Below, piece by piece: positions 38,967-53,100 of a stretch of DNA of 64,000 bases. The translations under genes and the position numbers were made by a program. The stretch covers positions 437,513-501,512 of the forward strand of contig NW_018405745.1 of NCBI RefSeq assembly GCF_002113885.1. The letters run 5' to 3'. The DNA comes from Mizuhopecten yessoensis. Taxonomy: Eukaryota. The notes below the pieces were generated by a model. It had not been told where the DNA came from, searched no databases, and saw only the letters and a list, made by a program, of their open reading frames with translations. Within the stretch, counting starts at the first letter, position 1. Each line of letters starts with the position of its first letter.

Positions 38967-39452
38967 GGCCTATATCCACCTGCTCAATGCAATCAGAAGA
39001 GATAAAATTAGTTCTAAGACATTGCTTCGAGAATGTTTTGATAATCTCCATCAAAATGGGGATTCACTTAAAAGAAAAAGTGCCAAACTGTGAATAGTGT
39101 TTCCCACAAGAATGATTAGTATGGGGCTGCACCATGCCCTTTTCCTTGACGCCATGCATATGACAAAAAAAATATCTGATGCACATTGGATGATTCAGTA
39201 TTTCCTGATGACTGTTTCCAATTTCATCCTCAGGTTCGTACAATTTCTGCTTGCCCGACACCCATATGGCAAACCATTGCTCATGCATGCAGGACTACCC
39301 GATTTCAGCCTGATTCCTGCATGGGGCTACCAGATTTTCTGCTTTGTTTCACGGTTTTCCAAAAGGAATATTCTTATTTTATAATCTGTCTTTCAAATGA
39401 TGTTGTGATAAGGTATCATTTGACAAGTCCAAATTTAAAGGACCGGTTAGGT

Positions 39453-40000
39453 TAGCCCGAGTTTTCTCTGGCCTTAACACCAGACTTACACTTTTTGACA
39501 TATATATAGATGCCAGAACAACATGACCTACATGTATATGAAAACGTGGAATTATCCAACACGGTTTGGTATCGGGGAGTGACTTATCAACAAAAAGATG
39601 CGGTCGGGAAATCTTTTAAACAAGAATAATATATTCCGTTTTCAGTCACTCACTGGATCACTACGGTTTGTTGATTAGTCACCCCATGACCTACAAAAAT
39701 GGTATTCGCTCAGGTGGGACATTTTGAACGATTGAAAATCGGGGAATCTACTGACGGAATTTAGCAGCTGTTGGTGATAAAAAGAGTTGATTTGGATCAA
39801 TAAATAATCCATTTATCGATATAATGTGAGGGATGTGTTGTGTCATAGTTTATTTTTGTTATCAGCACCTCGATCATAACTATCCGATACCAAACGGTGG
39901 CGGAGAATTCCACGTTTTCATATAGGTCAGTGCGCTCTGGCCCAACACCAGATATCTATATGTCATAAAGTCTGGTGTTAGGGCCAAAAGAATTGGGCTA
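39453..40000. mobile_element. Nested TIR elements: family-B shell containing a ~430-bp inner TIR element (39512-39941)
   Basis: Outer TAGCCCGAGTTTTCTCTGGCCTTAACACCAGACTT / AAGTCTGGTGTTAGGGCCAAAAGAATTGGGCTA. Inner ATATGAAAACGTGGAATT..CGGTTTGGTATCGG / CCGATACCAAACGG..AATTCCACGTTTTCATAT. Confidence 0.75.
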
Positions 40001-40528
40001 CAGTTAGGTTTGGTGATACACTAGTCAATCCTTGCTGAAATCTACAAATTTAATTCTTAGACTAGCTAGTGTTGAACCCTGTCATTATTATAACTATTTT
40101 AGTAGCACTCCACTAAATATCTATTAATATTTAATTCATATAAATAATGTAGGTATTCAATGGATCATTCTATGCCGGTCTCAATTTGATAATCACAACA
40201 TTGGGGTCACCGGGTGCTTTCCTTATCAGCTGGGAAGTAGTTTGACCACAAGGACCTGTGTGGAATGATTTTTTAACCGAATCCCAAAAACTCAAGACAC
40301 GTTGGGAGGGCTATTTTGCCGTGAATGTAAATGTTATTATCTAAATAGCACTCCAACATTTTACATACAATTTTTCTGCTAATCGATCTCAACAAAACCC
40401 TTGTTTTGACACTGACATTGCAGTTTTGTTGCTGCCGATTGAACTCTTCTGTCTCGCATGCGTTTTTTATAATATTTGTTTCATTTCCAGTTATTGACTT
40501 ATTGTTCTGGATCTAAAGTCTACCATAC

Positions 40529-40800
40529 CTGTGAACTGGACGGAATAAAGGTGTTTTTGTTGTATATCGATAGTCCTTTCCCGAAATATGTACAGCAATA
40601 ACAGGTGCGCATGTACAAGTTTTCCTGACAACCCCACTCGTAATAAGTCGGCAAATTCCGTATCTAGATTTGAATAAGAGTACCGGAATCATCCGATTGA
40701 TTTGTTTGTTAACGGGAAATGCCGACGGTTCCCGATTGCTGACTACCTATTCAGAACTTTTCTAGACTTTTCCATAGTGTAAGTCACGATGTTCGGTAGC
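40529..40800 (-). other. Probable non-coding first (5'UTR) exon of NEK6/7
   Basis: The ATG exon has an acceptor (exon starts at 38979, 13 nt before the ATG), so an upstream exon is needed. A minus-strand donor AG|GTATGG lies at 40529/40528 at the edge of a CpG-richer region. The upper boundary is a guess. Confidence 0.5.
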
Positions 40801-41144
40801 TTTCGTGTTTCGTCAAATTTTGGATGTGTGCGTAAGCAAACACATTCGTATTAGCCATTTTAGCGTCAACGATATATTATCTTTTAATAAAGAATAGCCG
40901 AAGGTATCACACTTAACGTTAAATATAAACATAATTTTAATTATAATAAAAAAAATGTACTTTCATTTTCAGATGTCCGCCAAAAATATCAACATCGGGG
41001 TCGGTAGAACGTTTACATGAATGTAGCGTATAGTCTGTTTACTATGCGTGTCATTCATCCAGAGGAAAAAAATAATCGGTCCGAGTTCTCTGGCTTCTTC
41101 CTCGCTTCACAAATTTATTGAAGACCATTTGGGAAGATTTCAAG
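40800..41144. promoter_or_regulatory. Probable bidirectional promoter NEK6/7 <-> NUP214
   Basis: Divergent genes; CpG-richer segment between the putative NEK 5'UTR exon and the NUP214 ATG. Confidence 0.55.
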
Positions 41145-44100
41145 ATGTCAGAAGAGGACGGCGTACCTCCAGAAAGAGATGTAAAGGTATACATCTTTTG
41201 TAATATTCAAATGAAACAAATGATGATTCAAATGCCAAAACTGCGCATTTGGCACCACAGTAGTGACTATGTACTGATAATAATTATAAATTTATTCGGT
41301 AAAAGCATGATATAAGTACAAATATCACATATGATCACAGATTTCAATTGCATAATAATCACAGATTTATCCCAGTATTTAGATTATCACATCAAGGTTA
41401 ATATCACATGTTTTGGAGCACAATAAATACAATGTATCTGCATGATGACTAAGCTTTTACAAAGGATATCCCATGAAAGCTGGATGGCAGCTTATTTCCA
41501 ATGGGATCCTCTAGTAAAGATTTTAATTACTTAGACAACAAAAGGTCCTAAGAATTTGACTATATAATATATTATATAAGATTGTATAATTTTCGTAATA
41601 ATATGAATAGAATAAGTTGTACTAATTGCAATAAATAATCAAGGTTTNAACCCCCCCCCCCCCCCCCCCTGAGTAATATGACCATGTTAACATGCCTTTT
41701 TGTCATAACATTACGCCGGGAGCAGTCTTAATTGACAGGAAAATATTTTTTCTTTAAATTGATGTATGATGTACCATATATCATGAAGTATAATATTTGG
41801 TAGACATCATGAAACATAAAAAAAAATGTTTGAATTTCAGTTGGTTGGACACTGTACATGTGCTGTCCCCGGATAACACAATAAGTCCCTAGTGGCTATA
41901 GCCAAACACACAGCATGTACACTATTTAATGCCAGTGCAGTGTTTCTACGATATATATTTTTTTCTTGTATGAAGGTTCATGCACTTATTATCATGTCAG
42001 AGAAAATGTCTGTCTCTATTTAGATTTCCGATTGTGAAATGTCTTAGAATTAGAAGGAAATTGAGAAATGTTTTTTAAATTAGAATCACAGTTATGGTTT
42101 AAGAACATCAAAACTGTTTAAAATCTCTAATGAGTTGTAAAATCATATTTCAAAGCACTTGCCCAGGGCAAGTTGACCTTACAAATCCACTTGCCCAAAG
42201 ACAATTTCTACTTGCCTCATACAAATTAAAATGCATATATTAGAGATAAAAGACAGATTTTTTTCTGAATAGTAATACAAAATCCTAGTAACTGCCATAT
42301 TACCTGAATTACAGCAAAGGATTTATTCATGTGTATTTTTTTTTTTTTTTTTTAATTATTTTGCTAAAGCCTCATTTGTTTTTGTAATTCTTGAAATCCT
42401 GGTCACGATCAGTTATATATAAACTTTATCTATTTTAAAACAATTATGAAACATGTTATTCCAACTAATATTAGTGCACTGGGGGGTCTTAATTTGTGAG
42501 GAAACAGGAGTACCCGGAGAAAGCCAATGTGTCCGGGCAGGTAATCCCGTACCTTTAAAGTTTTCACGTCAGATTGGGGAATCAAACCCCGGCCGCCTTG
42601 GTGAAAGACAAGTGCGCTATCCACTGCACAACCCGAATCCGACAAATCTGTTAGTCACGCCTTTGCAACTTCCTGTTAATAAACAGATTCATTTTCAGAC
42701 CAAAAGGATGTCCACATTTGTTAACTAGTGCTTACAATCATACAATTAGTGAATAGTCCCTTCTTTATCCCTAGCTGGAGTTTCAGTTATTTCGTCAGTC
42801 TTAAAGTTTGAAAAATCGTCTGCATAGATGGAGAGACTGATAGTATTTACCCCCCCCCAAAAAATTTTTCCCCCCAAAATGAAAAATAAAGTCACGGATC
42901 AAAAAAGTAAAAACCTTTTAATTATTTCTTCTCAGTAACCATAAGGCCTAGAATGATGATATTTTGCCACTAGCATGCTGGCATGCAGTGCTATATATTA
43001 TTTTTCTTCTGAATAGTCATGAGGTTAGTATACGTAGCATGCTTTAGATATAGAGTGATTTAAAGCAAAAAAATAATCTTGAGTTTCTGTAATGGTCACA
43101 GGGTTCAAAAGTGTTAAAAACCTTTGAAGAAATTCTTCTGAATAACCAATAAGCCTAGTGTAATGATATGTGGCCATTAGCATGTTTGTTTGCAGTATTT
43201 CTTTCAATAAGAATATCTTGTCATGAATGCTTAAATATCCAGGTGAGCAATACTGGCCATCTGGACCTCTTGTTTAGGTCCAGGGTGAGCCTTGACTCAG
43301 AGAGAGTGAGGAGCCAATGTTAGCCAGTAAGAATGAAGTGTGTGTGAGTATTTTCAGGAAGTTAGAGCACATGTACTTGCCTCGTCTGTCAATACACACA
43401 TACTATAATATTATGGGTGTATTAACAGACATGTGCATGTGGTTATAAGAGTGAGAGAAAGGAGAGAATAAAAGTAAATGTCGGATTAATTACTTCACAT
43501 TTATCATGATGAGAAATTTATTATTACTGATTTCCACTTGAGTGTGTATATGAACATGGGAAAAACATAGATATGTTTGTGGAGTAACAAGAGATCTCAG
43601 AGTCGGGGCTGAGTGTTTGATTGACTAAATGTATGTGTTACACGATGTCATGGTTGGATAAATAAAGTCATGTGTTCTATTTTATAATTAATTTTTAAAG
43701 AGTTTAACTAATTTGAATTTAAGTTTACCTTGTTTAATCAACAGCAAGTGACTATAGAGGGTTTGTCTCTCAGTATATTTAAATATATCAAATTGTCTAA
43801 TATATCAAGAAAACAACACCTGTAGTATTCAAGAAAATTCTGTAACGTCGGACATCTTACTGAAAAACAGGGTATCTAGATTCAATTATTATAATTGTTG
43901 TGTTTATTCATTTGTGTAGAATCCATAGAAACAATGTCATTTGTTTTAAACCGAAGAAGCTTTTTTATCCAGTGTTTAAACTTTAAAAATGGGGGAAATA
44001 GTTGTGTAAATGAGCAGGTAAAATAGTGGTAAACACAACTTTTTATAGTTTTTCTTCTATTCAAATCAAAACTGGACACTGCTGATACTAACAAATAAAC

Positions 44101-47100
44101 TGTTTAAATTGTTTCAATATGAGTGCATTTAGGGTAATTTTTCTCTGAAAGAGGTTTAAAATATCATCATAATGATTGAAAGGAACTGACTCATAATTTA
44201 ATAGTAATATATTGACGCAACATTTTGGTTGTTAGATTATTTGAAGTTTTTGATGAAATTTTACTGAAGCAGGGGAAATAATTACCATAATTGTAGAGGC
44301 GAATTGATGCATTATCAGTTATAAATTGGCTTCTCTGGTTAATGTTTTAAACACCTGAACAATGAATATCTGCTTTGTGTTTTAGGATTTTAAATTCCAG
44401 CAGTTATGCAGATTTAGAATAAGTGACAGTCCATCAGATCTACCAAAACACAAGTCAAGATTGCTGGCATCATCATCACGATATGGGCTCGTCTTTGTTG
44501 GGTATGACACAGGTATGTTAAATACATGTACATGTAACTATAAATATATGTAACTATAAACTACCAGGTCAAAATGGCGGATATTACATGGGACGATTTT
44601 TCGTGAGATCAAAATATTTGAAATAAAAAGCATGAAAAATGGAAGGCTATTTTTCGTGAATCTCACGCTAAAATCGTAAGATATGGCATGTATGCATGGT
44701 CCTGACAAAGTATTGTTATTTTTTGGGTGGATCAGAAATCCAATATGGCCGCCAAGGCCTCCATTTTGTAAGCAAAATTTCAAACTTAAAGTCAAGTTCT
44801 GCTGGGCCGATTGAACTGAAACTTTGTAGGAATGATCGACTCATGGTCCTGACAAAGTGTTGTTATTTTTCGGGTCAATCAGAAATCCAATATAGCCGCC
44901 GATGCTGCCATTTTGAAAAACTATTTCAAACTTAAAGTCAAGTTCTAATGGGCCGATTAAAGTGAAACTTTGTAGGAATGATCGACTCATGGTCCTGACA
45001 AAGTGTTGTTATTTTTCAGGTCGATCAGAAATACAATTATTTGGTTGCCATGGCCACTATTTTGAAAATAACTCTTTCAAACTTAAAAACAAGTTCTAAT
45101 AGGCCGATCTAACTGAAACTCGGTCTAGGAATGATCAGCTCATGGTCCTGACCAACTTAAGTTAACGTTATACTTAACTATTTTTTACTCAAATTGGTAC
45201 ATATTTCAACAACAAAAATAAATACTGTAGGACTCAGGTGACCGTTAAGGCCCATGGGCCTCTTGTTTGAAAAACTTATGTGCCCAACATTATTGTACAA
45301 TGTATACAGTTATAATCTAATATTCTCCTTACATTCAATACAAACATACTGAAATAATAAAGAAACTTGATGGTTATTGATTTTGCAGAAAGTATCTTTA
45401 CTATTATAGAATTATCAGAAGCTCTACTGAATGCATATTGGGGATGCTGATTTTGACATGTATTTTACGCTTCATTGTTATTGATAACATTTGCACTGCG
45501 AGTGGGGGATATCGATGACAGTGTCTTGTTCATGGACTGCAGTCAGTGATTAATTTTGATGCCTTTGCATTTTACATTGTTCAGGTTTTAAGGTCATTAA
45601 GCCTGCAGAACTCAGTAAGATTGACCAAGCCAATGCTAGAGACCGGATGACAGTTATTATTGACAATTTCCCGTTGGTTGCTGATATAACAATTCAAGGA
45701 TTTGTGTCATTCATTTCCCTCAATGCTGACGAATTGAGCTTGGCTGTGGTAGTTACCAGAGATGATCTTGTGCAGGCCTATTTATATGATGTCAGAGCTT
45801 TTGCTGACAAGGTAATTCCTGGATATATACAAACATTTTTTCAAAGCATTTGAAATATTTTCTAACCTTTACATGAGTGATAAAGAAGGATTGGGGCATT
45901 CATAGGAAAAATTGGACGTTTGAATTTTGCAATGGTAGGACTTTACGCTGCAATAGCCAATTCAAATTGGAATTTTGCCAAAAAAACAGAAATTGGTAAC
46001 TTAGGGCTCCTCTAGATCAAAGCAGTGAAAATTATACTGGAGAGGACTAAACAATGTCAATTTCTTATCCTAATGATAACTAGTTTAGAAGAAATTGGAG
46101 AAACACCTTTCCCCTGAACTTTGAAAGGTCAAAACACGTGTCAAATAGACATGTATTTTCCAACCTAAAAGTCAAAGCTTGTTTTTAGGACTGAAAAAAA
46201 CATACTCTGTAGCTTTATAGGGTCTTATGAAAGCTGTGCTCAGTAACTATAATCGCTTTATTTTCACCCGTAGACGACACCTGTCCAGTGCTTTATGACG
46301 GTTCGGCTGACCAATGGTGGGGCTACCAGATTTGAGGATCTTGCTTGGAATCCTGTCCAGCCAAGCACTCTTGTAACTGTACAGACTGATGGTGGTATTA
46401 GTCTGTACGATATTTCTGACAAACTCACTATCGTGGCAACCATAAAAGCATCATCGGCCAACTGTGGTATGTTACTATGTTCCCTACATGTTTGATATAT
46501 ATCTATAAATTTTAACACATGTGATAAAGATCAATGCAGATCATTGTAGGTATGCCCCTGCTTCATAAGTGTTTGCCTTCTGTCCATATGTCCATCTGTC
46601 GACATTTCCTCTTGGTTGTAGACTTTGTGTAAAGCTCCATTCCTCTGATACTATGCTGTCATCAAATTGTATATTCAGTTACATATATGGGGCAAAGAAG
46701 TAATTCCAACAGTGTGGACAAGTTTAGCCTAAACTTGTCCCCACTGTTGGAATTACGTCTTTGCCCCATATAATATTTGAAGTAATTTGTATCCTACGGA
46801 CATACCTCCATTAGGATCCAGTGTTATATGGGATTATACCGTCAATATTACTTCTTTGACCCATTCAATTACATATACATAAGAGTACTACACCTTAATG
46901 AGAAATATAGGTCACTGTGACCATGCATATGGTTAGAAGTTTTTATTATCTCCATTTCCATCACAGTTGGAGCAGGACATATGCAATATTTACAAACATT
47001 TCTAGTTTTCACAATGAGATTGTCACAATTTACATTAAATTTTCTTATTTTATCTGAATGTGTGAGAAACAAATATTGACCGTCACGAAACAAAAACATT

Positions 47101-50100
47101 TTCATGCTGACATACAGACTTTTATGTTTTGTGTATTTATGTTAAAATAAGATCCAAACTAAAACCATGTTTTTGACACAAGTATTCAAAGTATACTCAT
47201 GCCTATAGTGTGTTGGAGTCCACGGGGAAAGCAGCTAGTTGTTGGTACGACAGACGGAAAACTGGTACAATATGATCAGGAGCTGAAGAAGAAACGGGAA
47301 TGGGTATGTCCCGATATACTGACTAGGGGCAACTACAAAGGTTAGTTTGAGGTTGGAAATTAAATATCTGTCATGTTTTCACTTCCTGTATAATCCGAAA
47401 ACTTCCACATATATGTTATTGCAAATTGCCCATATAACTAAACCAAAAAATTTGGGATGATAAATATTGTTATACACAAATTTTCATTTTGTAAGACATC
47501 AATCTTCAGACTTTTATTTCAACTGATATAGAAACATTGTACTGTGACTAAGGCCTGCCTAGAAGGTCAAATCATGGCAGCAACCAGGCTAAAGAAGAAT
47601 GTACGTGTGCAAATTACATTGTTTTAAGAGGGCTCTGTGGTATGAAGTATTCTTCTGAAATCGAGAATATTCTTTATAACATAGATGTGGACATATTGGG
47701 TGATTTTTATTCCTATGAAGTGTTTACTACATGTAGTATAAAATATATACCCTGTATTGATATCCATTCAGTATAACTGTAGGCCTGCTACATTAGCCTG
47801 TTAGAATGGATATCAATAGCACTGACCTTTATTACTCAGTGCTTTCAACCATACCTTCTTATCTCCTATAACTCTTAAGTTAATATACACATATTTTATG
47901 TACACTGTAAAACATTGGCATGCTTCATATATAGAATATGTTTGTGGCTCATTGCATCATTACTTTCCTCGTCCTTGAATGGATCAATTCTCTATACACT
48001 GACAATCATCATATGACCCAAGCTTTTGAAAAGATGTAAAATATTAAACCATCATGGATGGATCTTTGACATTCCCGGGGTTACGGTTTCTTACATACTC
48101 TGCGACCCTGTCAGGCTCTGTGCGCCCCCACCTGTGGATGATACACATACACTAGTTTGATATTTTGATGTACATTAAAAGAATTTGGCAGCACTATAAT
48201 GGTCAAATTGACTGGCTTTGAAATCTGATATCACTCTACTGTTATCTTCAAAAGCTATGTATTAGCCTTGCAATTGGTCAGTATTTTTCACCTGAAACCA
48301 ATCAAATAACTAACCGCGTGCCTTTGATTTTGTCATGACATACTGTTAACATACTTATTTACTAGTGCACTCAAGTTTTAGCACTTTATCAAATTTTAAC
48401 AGATTAGTGCAATGATGAATTGGCGCGACCAAAAATATGCAATAAAGAACAATATATACGAACTTCCATTAATGCATTCATCATTTAGCACAAAATTTAA
48501 AGCAGGATAAGCACTAAAATAAGACTGCCGATAAAATATATGTGCTTACTGTTACAATATTTCAGGGGTGCAGAGACAGTTAGTAAACCTACCTGGTGGA
48601 ATTTCCAAAATGCCATGGGTGCTGTAGTAAACATAGATATACCTGTATATACATCCCTTTTAAATCTATTGTATTGCAGTTGTTGGTGTTATTTGGCTGT
48701 CCACATTTGAGTTTCTGACAGCCTATATCCCTGACAGTGCTGAGCCAAGTGACCAGCCTGACATTGTCCTTATCAGAGGATCTGTAAGCATCACAGTCAT
48801 ATTTATCACTTGAAATTATTTGTAGAAGCAAATTACTTTTAAAAGTATAAACTCATGAAATTAAACAAAAAACATGTAGAACACTTTTTTTATCCTATTG
48901 ATTATCCTTGTAGAATTTTCTGTCAAATATATTACGTGCCTGCCTTGTAACTTGCAGAAAGACGGGCCCATCCGCTACCAGAATTTTGAGGACCCTTGCT
49001 TTGGAAATGGGGAAGAGCGAGAGAGGAGGCTTTTGTTTCAAGTTCTATCAAAATGGTGAGTGTGAAATTTGTTAGATATACTGTTTATAGCTATATTAGT
49101 GGATCTTAGATCTGTAAAACACGCAAGAAAGGAAATTAGATTTCATGCCCCCATCCACAGAGGAAATTAAGTATAGTGTACTTGCCTTTTCCTTCAGGTC
49201 AATCTGTCAGTCTGTACATCCGTCTATACAACATCTTAGTTAGACATTGGGCTTGACTCCATTCCTCTGATAAACCTAATCCCACTTTTATCAAGTGTTC
49301 ATCAGTCGAATATGCTCAAGCTACCTCTCTTGTTTAGTGACCATCTTCCTTATGCGACCATTTTGATATCCTCCCGACACATTTCTTTATAATTTAACTG
49401 TAATTAGCGACCATCTTCCTTATGCAATGAACATTTTTCTATCCTAAAGAGAAGATACTCTCAATTCATTGACCATATTTACAACGACTGGAAACCAAGC
49501 CTAGTGGAGGTGCAGTAAATTTACGAAATCCTATCAAAGTTATCTCCCCTTAACTGAGAATGTGCTGTGGTTCAGTGTGTTTCTTCATAAAGTCTGCAAT
49601 ATGGATCCTTATTAAAAAAATACTTGCTCAAAAAGTGAGTTGCTGTCACTGTAAACAAAAGCTTTGAATCCCTGATTCTGCGCCAGTACAATAGGAAGAT
49701 GGTGAGCATGAAAGCTCTGACATTGGAGGAGAGAATCATAGTACTTTGAATTCTTTGTTGGTCTGTTCCTGTTGAATGAAACAATCAGTAATCATGTATT
49801 ACTGTGGTAAGCTTTGAAGTACACACAAACGCTTAAAAGTGTTGGAATGTTTTTGCCAACTGATCAATGAACTACATCATTTCAAGTTTTAAGGATGATC
49901 ATGAATAAACTGGGTGTTTTTGTTCCAGGGACATGCTACTTGCCTGTTCAAGTAATGCTTGTGAAATATCTGTTATTGGGAAACACCAGAGTGAAAAAGT
50001 GAGTATAAGTCATCTCTACAGTTACCAATGTATGATCACATTGCCTACGTATTTATATCAGCTGAGAATGTCAGGGCCCAAATTCTGATAAATACTATGA

Positions 50101-53100
50101 CATGATTTTAATGTTGGATAACACTGACCCTCCCCAGCTGTTCTAGTCAATTGAAAAACATGCACAATATTTACACCTATTTGTATTAAATGCTGAATTA
50201 TGATTAGTAATTTTTTTTATTCTTTTTATTAGATTAAAATGTTAAAAAATTGGTTTATATATCAGTGTTAAATTGTTCTCACTAGTTCATATAAATGCCA
50301 ACTTGTATTTATCTAGAACTGACTAACGAAATGTGAAGCACTAGCACGTTTTATGGTAATTGTAATTTTCAGTTGGCATTCATGTTGCCAGTGAACATCA
50401 ACTGAAAGCAGATCAAAGCCTAAAGAGCGAGAATCTATTTATAGACCATACACGAAATTCCTCTATACAACTCCACAAACCTGAAGCCTAGCATTTAGAA
50501 ACTTTCAATGTGCAGTATATAGGTCAATGTACAGTGTATAGGTCAATGTACAGTGTATAGGTCAATGTACAGTGTTTAGGTCAATGTACAGTGTTTAGGT
50601 CTATGTGCATTGTATAGGTCAATGGACAGTGGATAGGTCAGGTTTGCAGATTTCTTTTTCAAAATTGCCTTTATTCTTGTACACCATTGGCAGAGGTTTT
50701 TTGAACCTGGTTAGTATGGTAACCTGTGCAATATTTTTGTTAAATTTTGTCCAAGGTGTCAGAATTCTGTACAAACTAGTCTTCATCCCTGCTCACTTTA
50801 TTATTCATTTCTGTATATGTTGGAACTTTGTGTTCCAAATTGATCCCAGTGAGATATGCTTTTCAGAGGTTTCTTTGTATTAAATTATGAATATTCCTAT
50901 TAAAATCATGCAAAAATATTGAGTGACTTCTTACCATAAAAATGATTTAAAGAGAAAATTGAGATTTGCTGCTAGACTTGCGAGTTTGTAATGATTGATA
51001 CTGTTTTGTCACCAGGGTGACTGGGAACGTTGGAACCTTGATGATTCAGCTCGGGCCGAGCTTCCTTTGACAGACAACCATTTTGACACTTTCCCAATGG
51101 GTGTTGCGATTGACTACTCCTCTCAGCATCCTATACTACTAGGTCAGTGGGCTGTTATTTGTTTCCATGACAATGATGAAGCAATTAAGATATTTGCTGT
51201 CAAGATATCAATTAAGTAACCTATTCTTTGAATGCAAGTTAAAAGCAGTGGAAATCTTTGTGTTTCTATATTTTGTCAACGATAAAATATCTCGACATAG
51301 AATGCCATATCCTGGTGAATATTGCTATTTTATTTTTGTCACCACTGGAAATGAAGGAAGATCCATAAGTAGTGTCCTCTAGCTGCTTGTAATAAAATGT
51401 TTAGACTGTTAAACTGGTACTTACCTCATGATACCAAGAACATATTTACATCACCCAAAGAAGTTACAAGGTGCATGTATATAAAGTAATAAGGTCACTA
51501 TGTCATCTCAAGGTCAAAGGTCAATAAAAAATCACCAAAACCTTGTCTGGGCCTTATAAATATGCAACATCCTGTAAAAAAACCGGTAAAATTTAACTAG
51601 TTCTTCATTGCATTATCTGGTTGGTTTACATATCATGTTTCCATCACCACAATTTTTGAGAAGTTCCCCTAGTCAAATGAAACAATAAAATGTGGCCTGT
51701 GTGGAGATGTTAGCTTCTCAGTTAAGTATAACATGCAGTGTCTTACATAAAGTAATGAGCTTCTTCTTGCTTCTACTGTAATTAGGTGAGGGAAGTCACC
51801 CTCCGTCCCCCATCCTTCTCCTACTGTCCACAGACGGGGTACTAGTACCATACTACATGATGAACACCTACAGTGGGGCAGCCATCCTTACAGAGCCTCC
51901 CAAACCACTCACCACGGCCGGGATGAGACAACCCAGAGGTGAGGAACAATTTGAATCAAAGACACATATAAATTTGTATCTACTGCTGTAGAGATTTAAG
52001 TTCATATTAACAGCAATCTTTTTTTTTTTTTTTTTTAAAGTATAAGTAATGATGGTGGCAATAGTAACAAAGATTTAGACAGCGTGTGAGTATTTGTGTA
52101 AAATTAAATGCAGATTTTCGTCACATTTGTCTTTTAAATGAAAATACACTAAATGAAGTTTGGAGCACTTTAAAGGCTTGGATGATCTTAAAATAACAAT
52201 GTATAATGGTTTCACTCAGTTTGATGTATTTTTAACTTACAGTTATTTTTGTATGACAGGAGAGTTAGAGACTGATGCTGCTAGAGCTCCTATCAGTTCT
52301 AATACTGGCAGTGGAGCTACCACTGGACTGGCCAGTACTGGCACTGGGCTATCTACAGGAGTAGCCACAGGGCTAACTACAGGGCCAAGCTTCCAGTTTG
52401 TGAACCCAAATGCGACAGCTACCACTAAGGCTGCTGTTTCATCCTTTGGAATTCCCAAAACCACAGCCCCATCACTTTTTGGCAGTGGCCCCCCAGCCTC
52501 ATTTGGACCTGGTACGTCTTTTGGAGGATTAACCACAACAAAAGCTACTCCGGCAAGCACAAATACAACATCCACAGTGGCTTCTGCAGCTCCATTCAGT
52601 TTTTCACAAGGCACCCCAACATCAACATCTAAGGCTGCTACCTTCAGCTTCAGTGAGTCCCTGTCCAAGAACGATGCGTCTTCAGGGTTCAACTTTGGGG
52701 GTAGCTCTACCCCAAGTGGAGGGTCTTCAGCTTTCAGTTTTAAGACATCATCTTCCAGTGGCGCCACATCAGTGTTTGGTGTACCTAGTACAACTAGTGA
52801 TAACAAATCAAACGGCATATTTGGAGCAGCACCAAGCACTGCTGGTACTACCCCCACTGCTCCTGCCCCGACATCCACTTTTGGATTTAGTGTTAATTCA
52901 ACAAAACCGACAGTCAGTTTTACTACATCAAGCGTGTCATCACCCTCAGCTTCCAAGACTAGTGGGTCAAGCTTTGCCAATGTTGCACCCGGTACTCAAG
53001 GTCCTGTGATCCCCCCAGGTGTACAGTTGTCAGGAGGAACACGCCCTGAGAGACCAGAACAGACTCGTCCACCTGCAGCACAAGCATTCCCCGGGATAGG

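Noticed and set aside
52243-53009. 245-aa antisense ORF and 118-aa alternate-frame ORF
   Set aside because: Shadows of the Ser/Thr/Ala-rich NUP214 exon; likewise 62823-63185 and the shadow ORFs over PLPP, FAM78 and the NEK tail.
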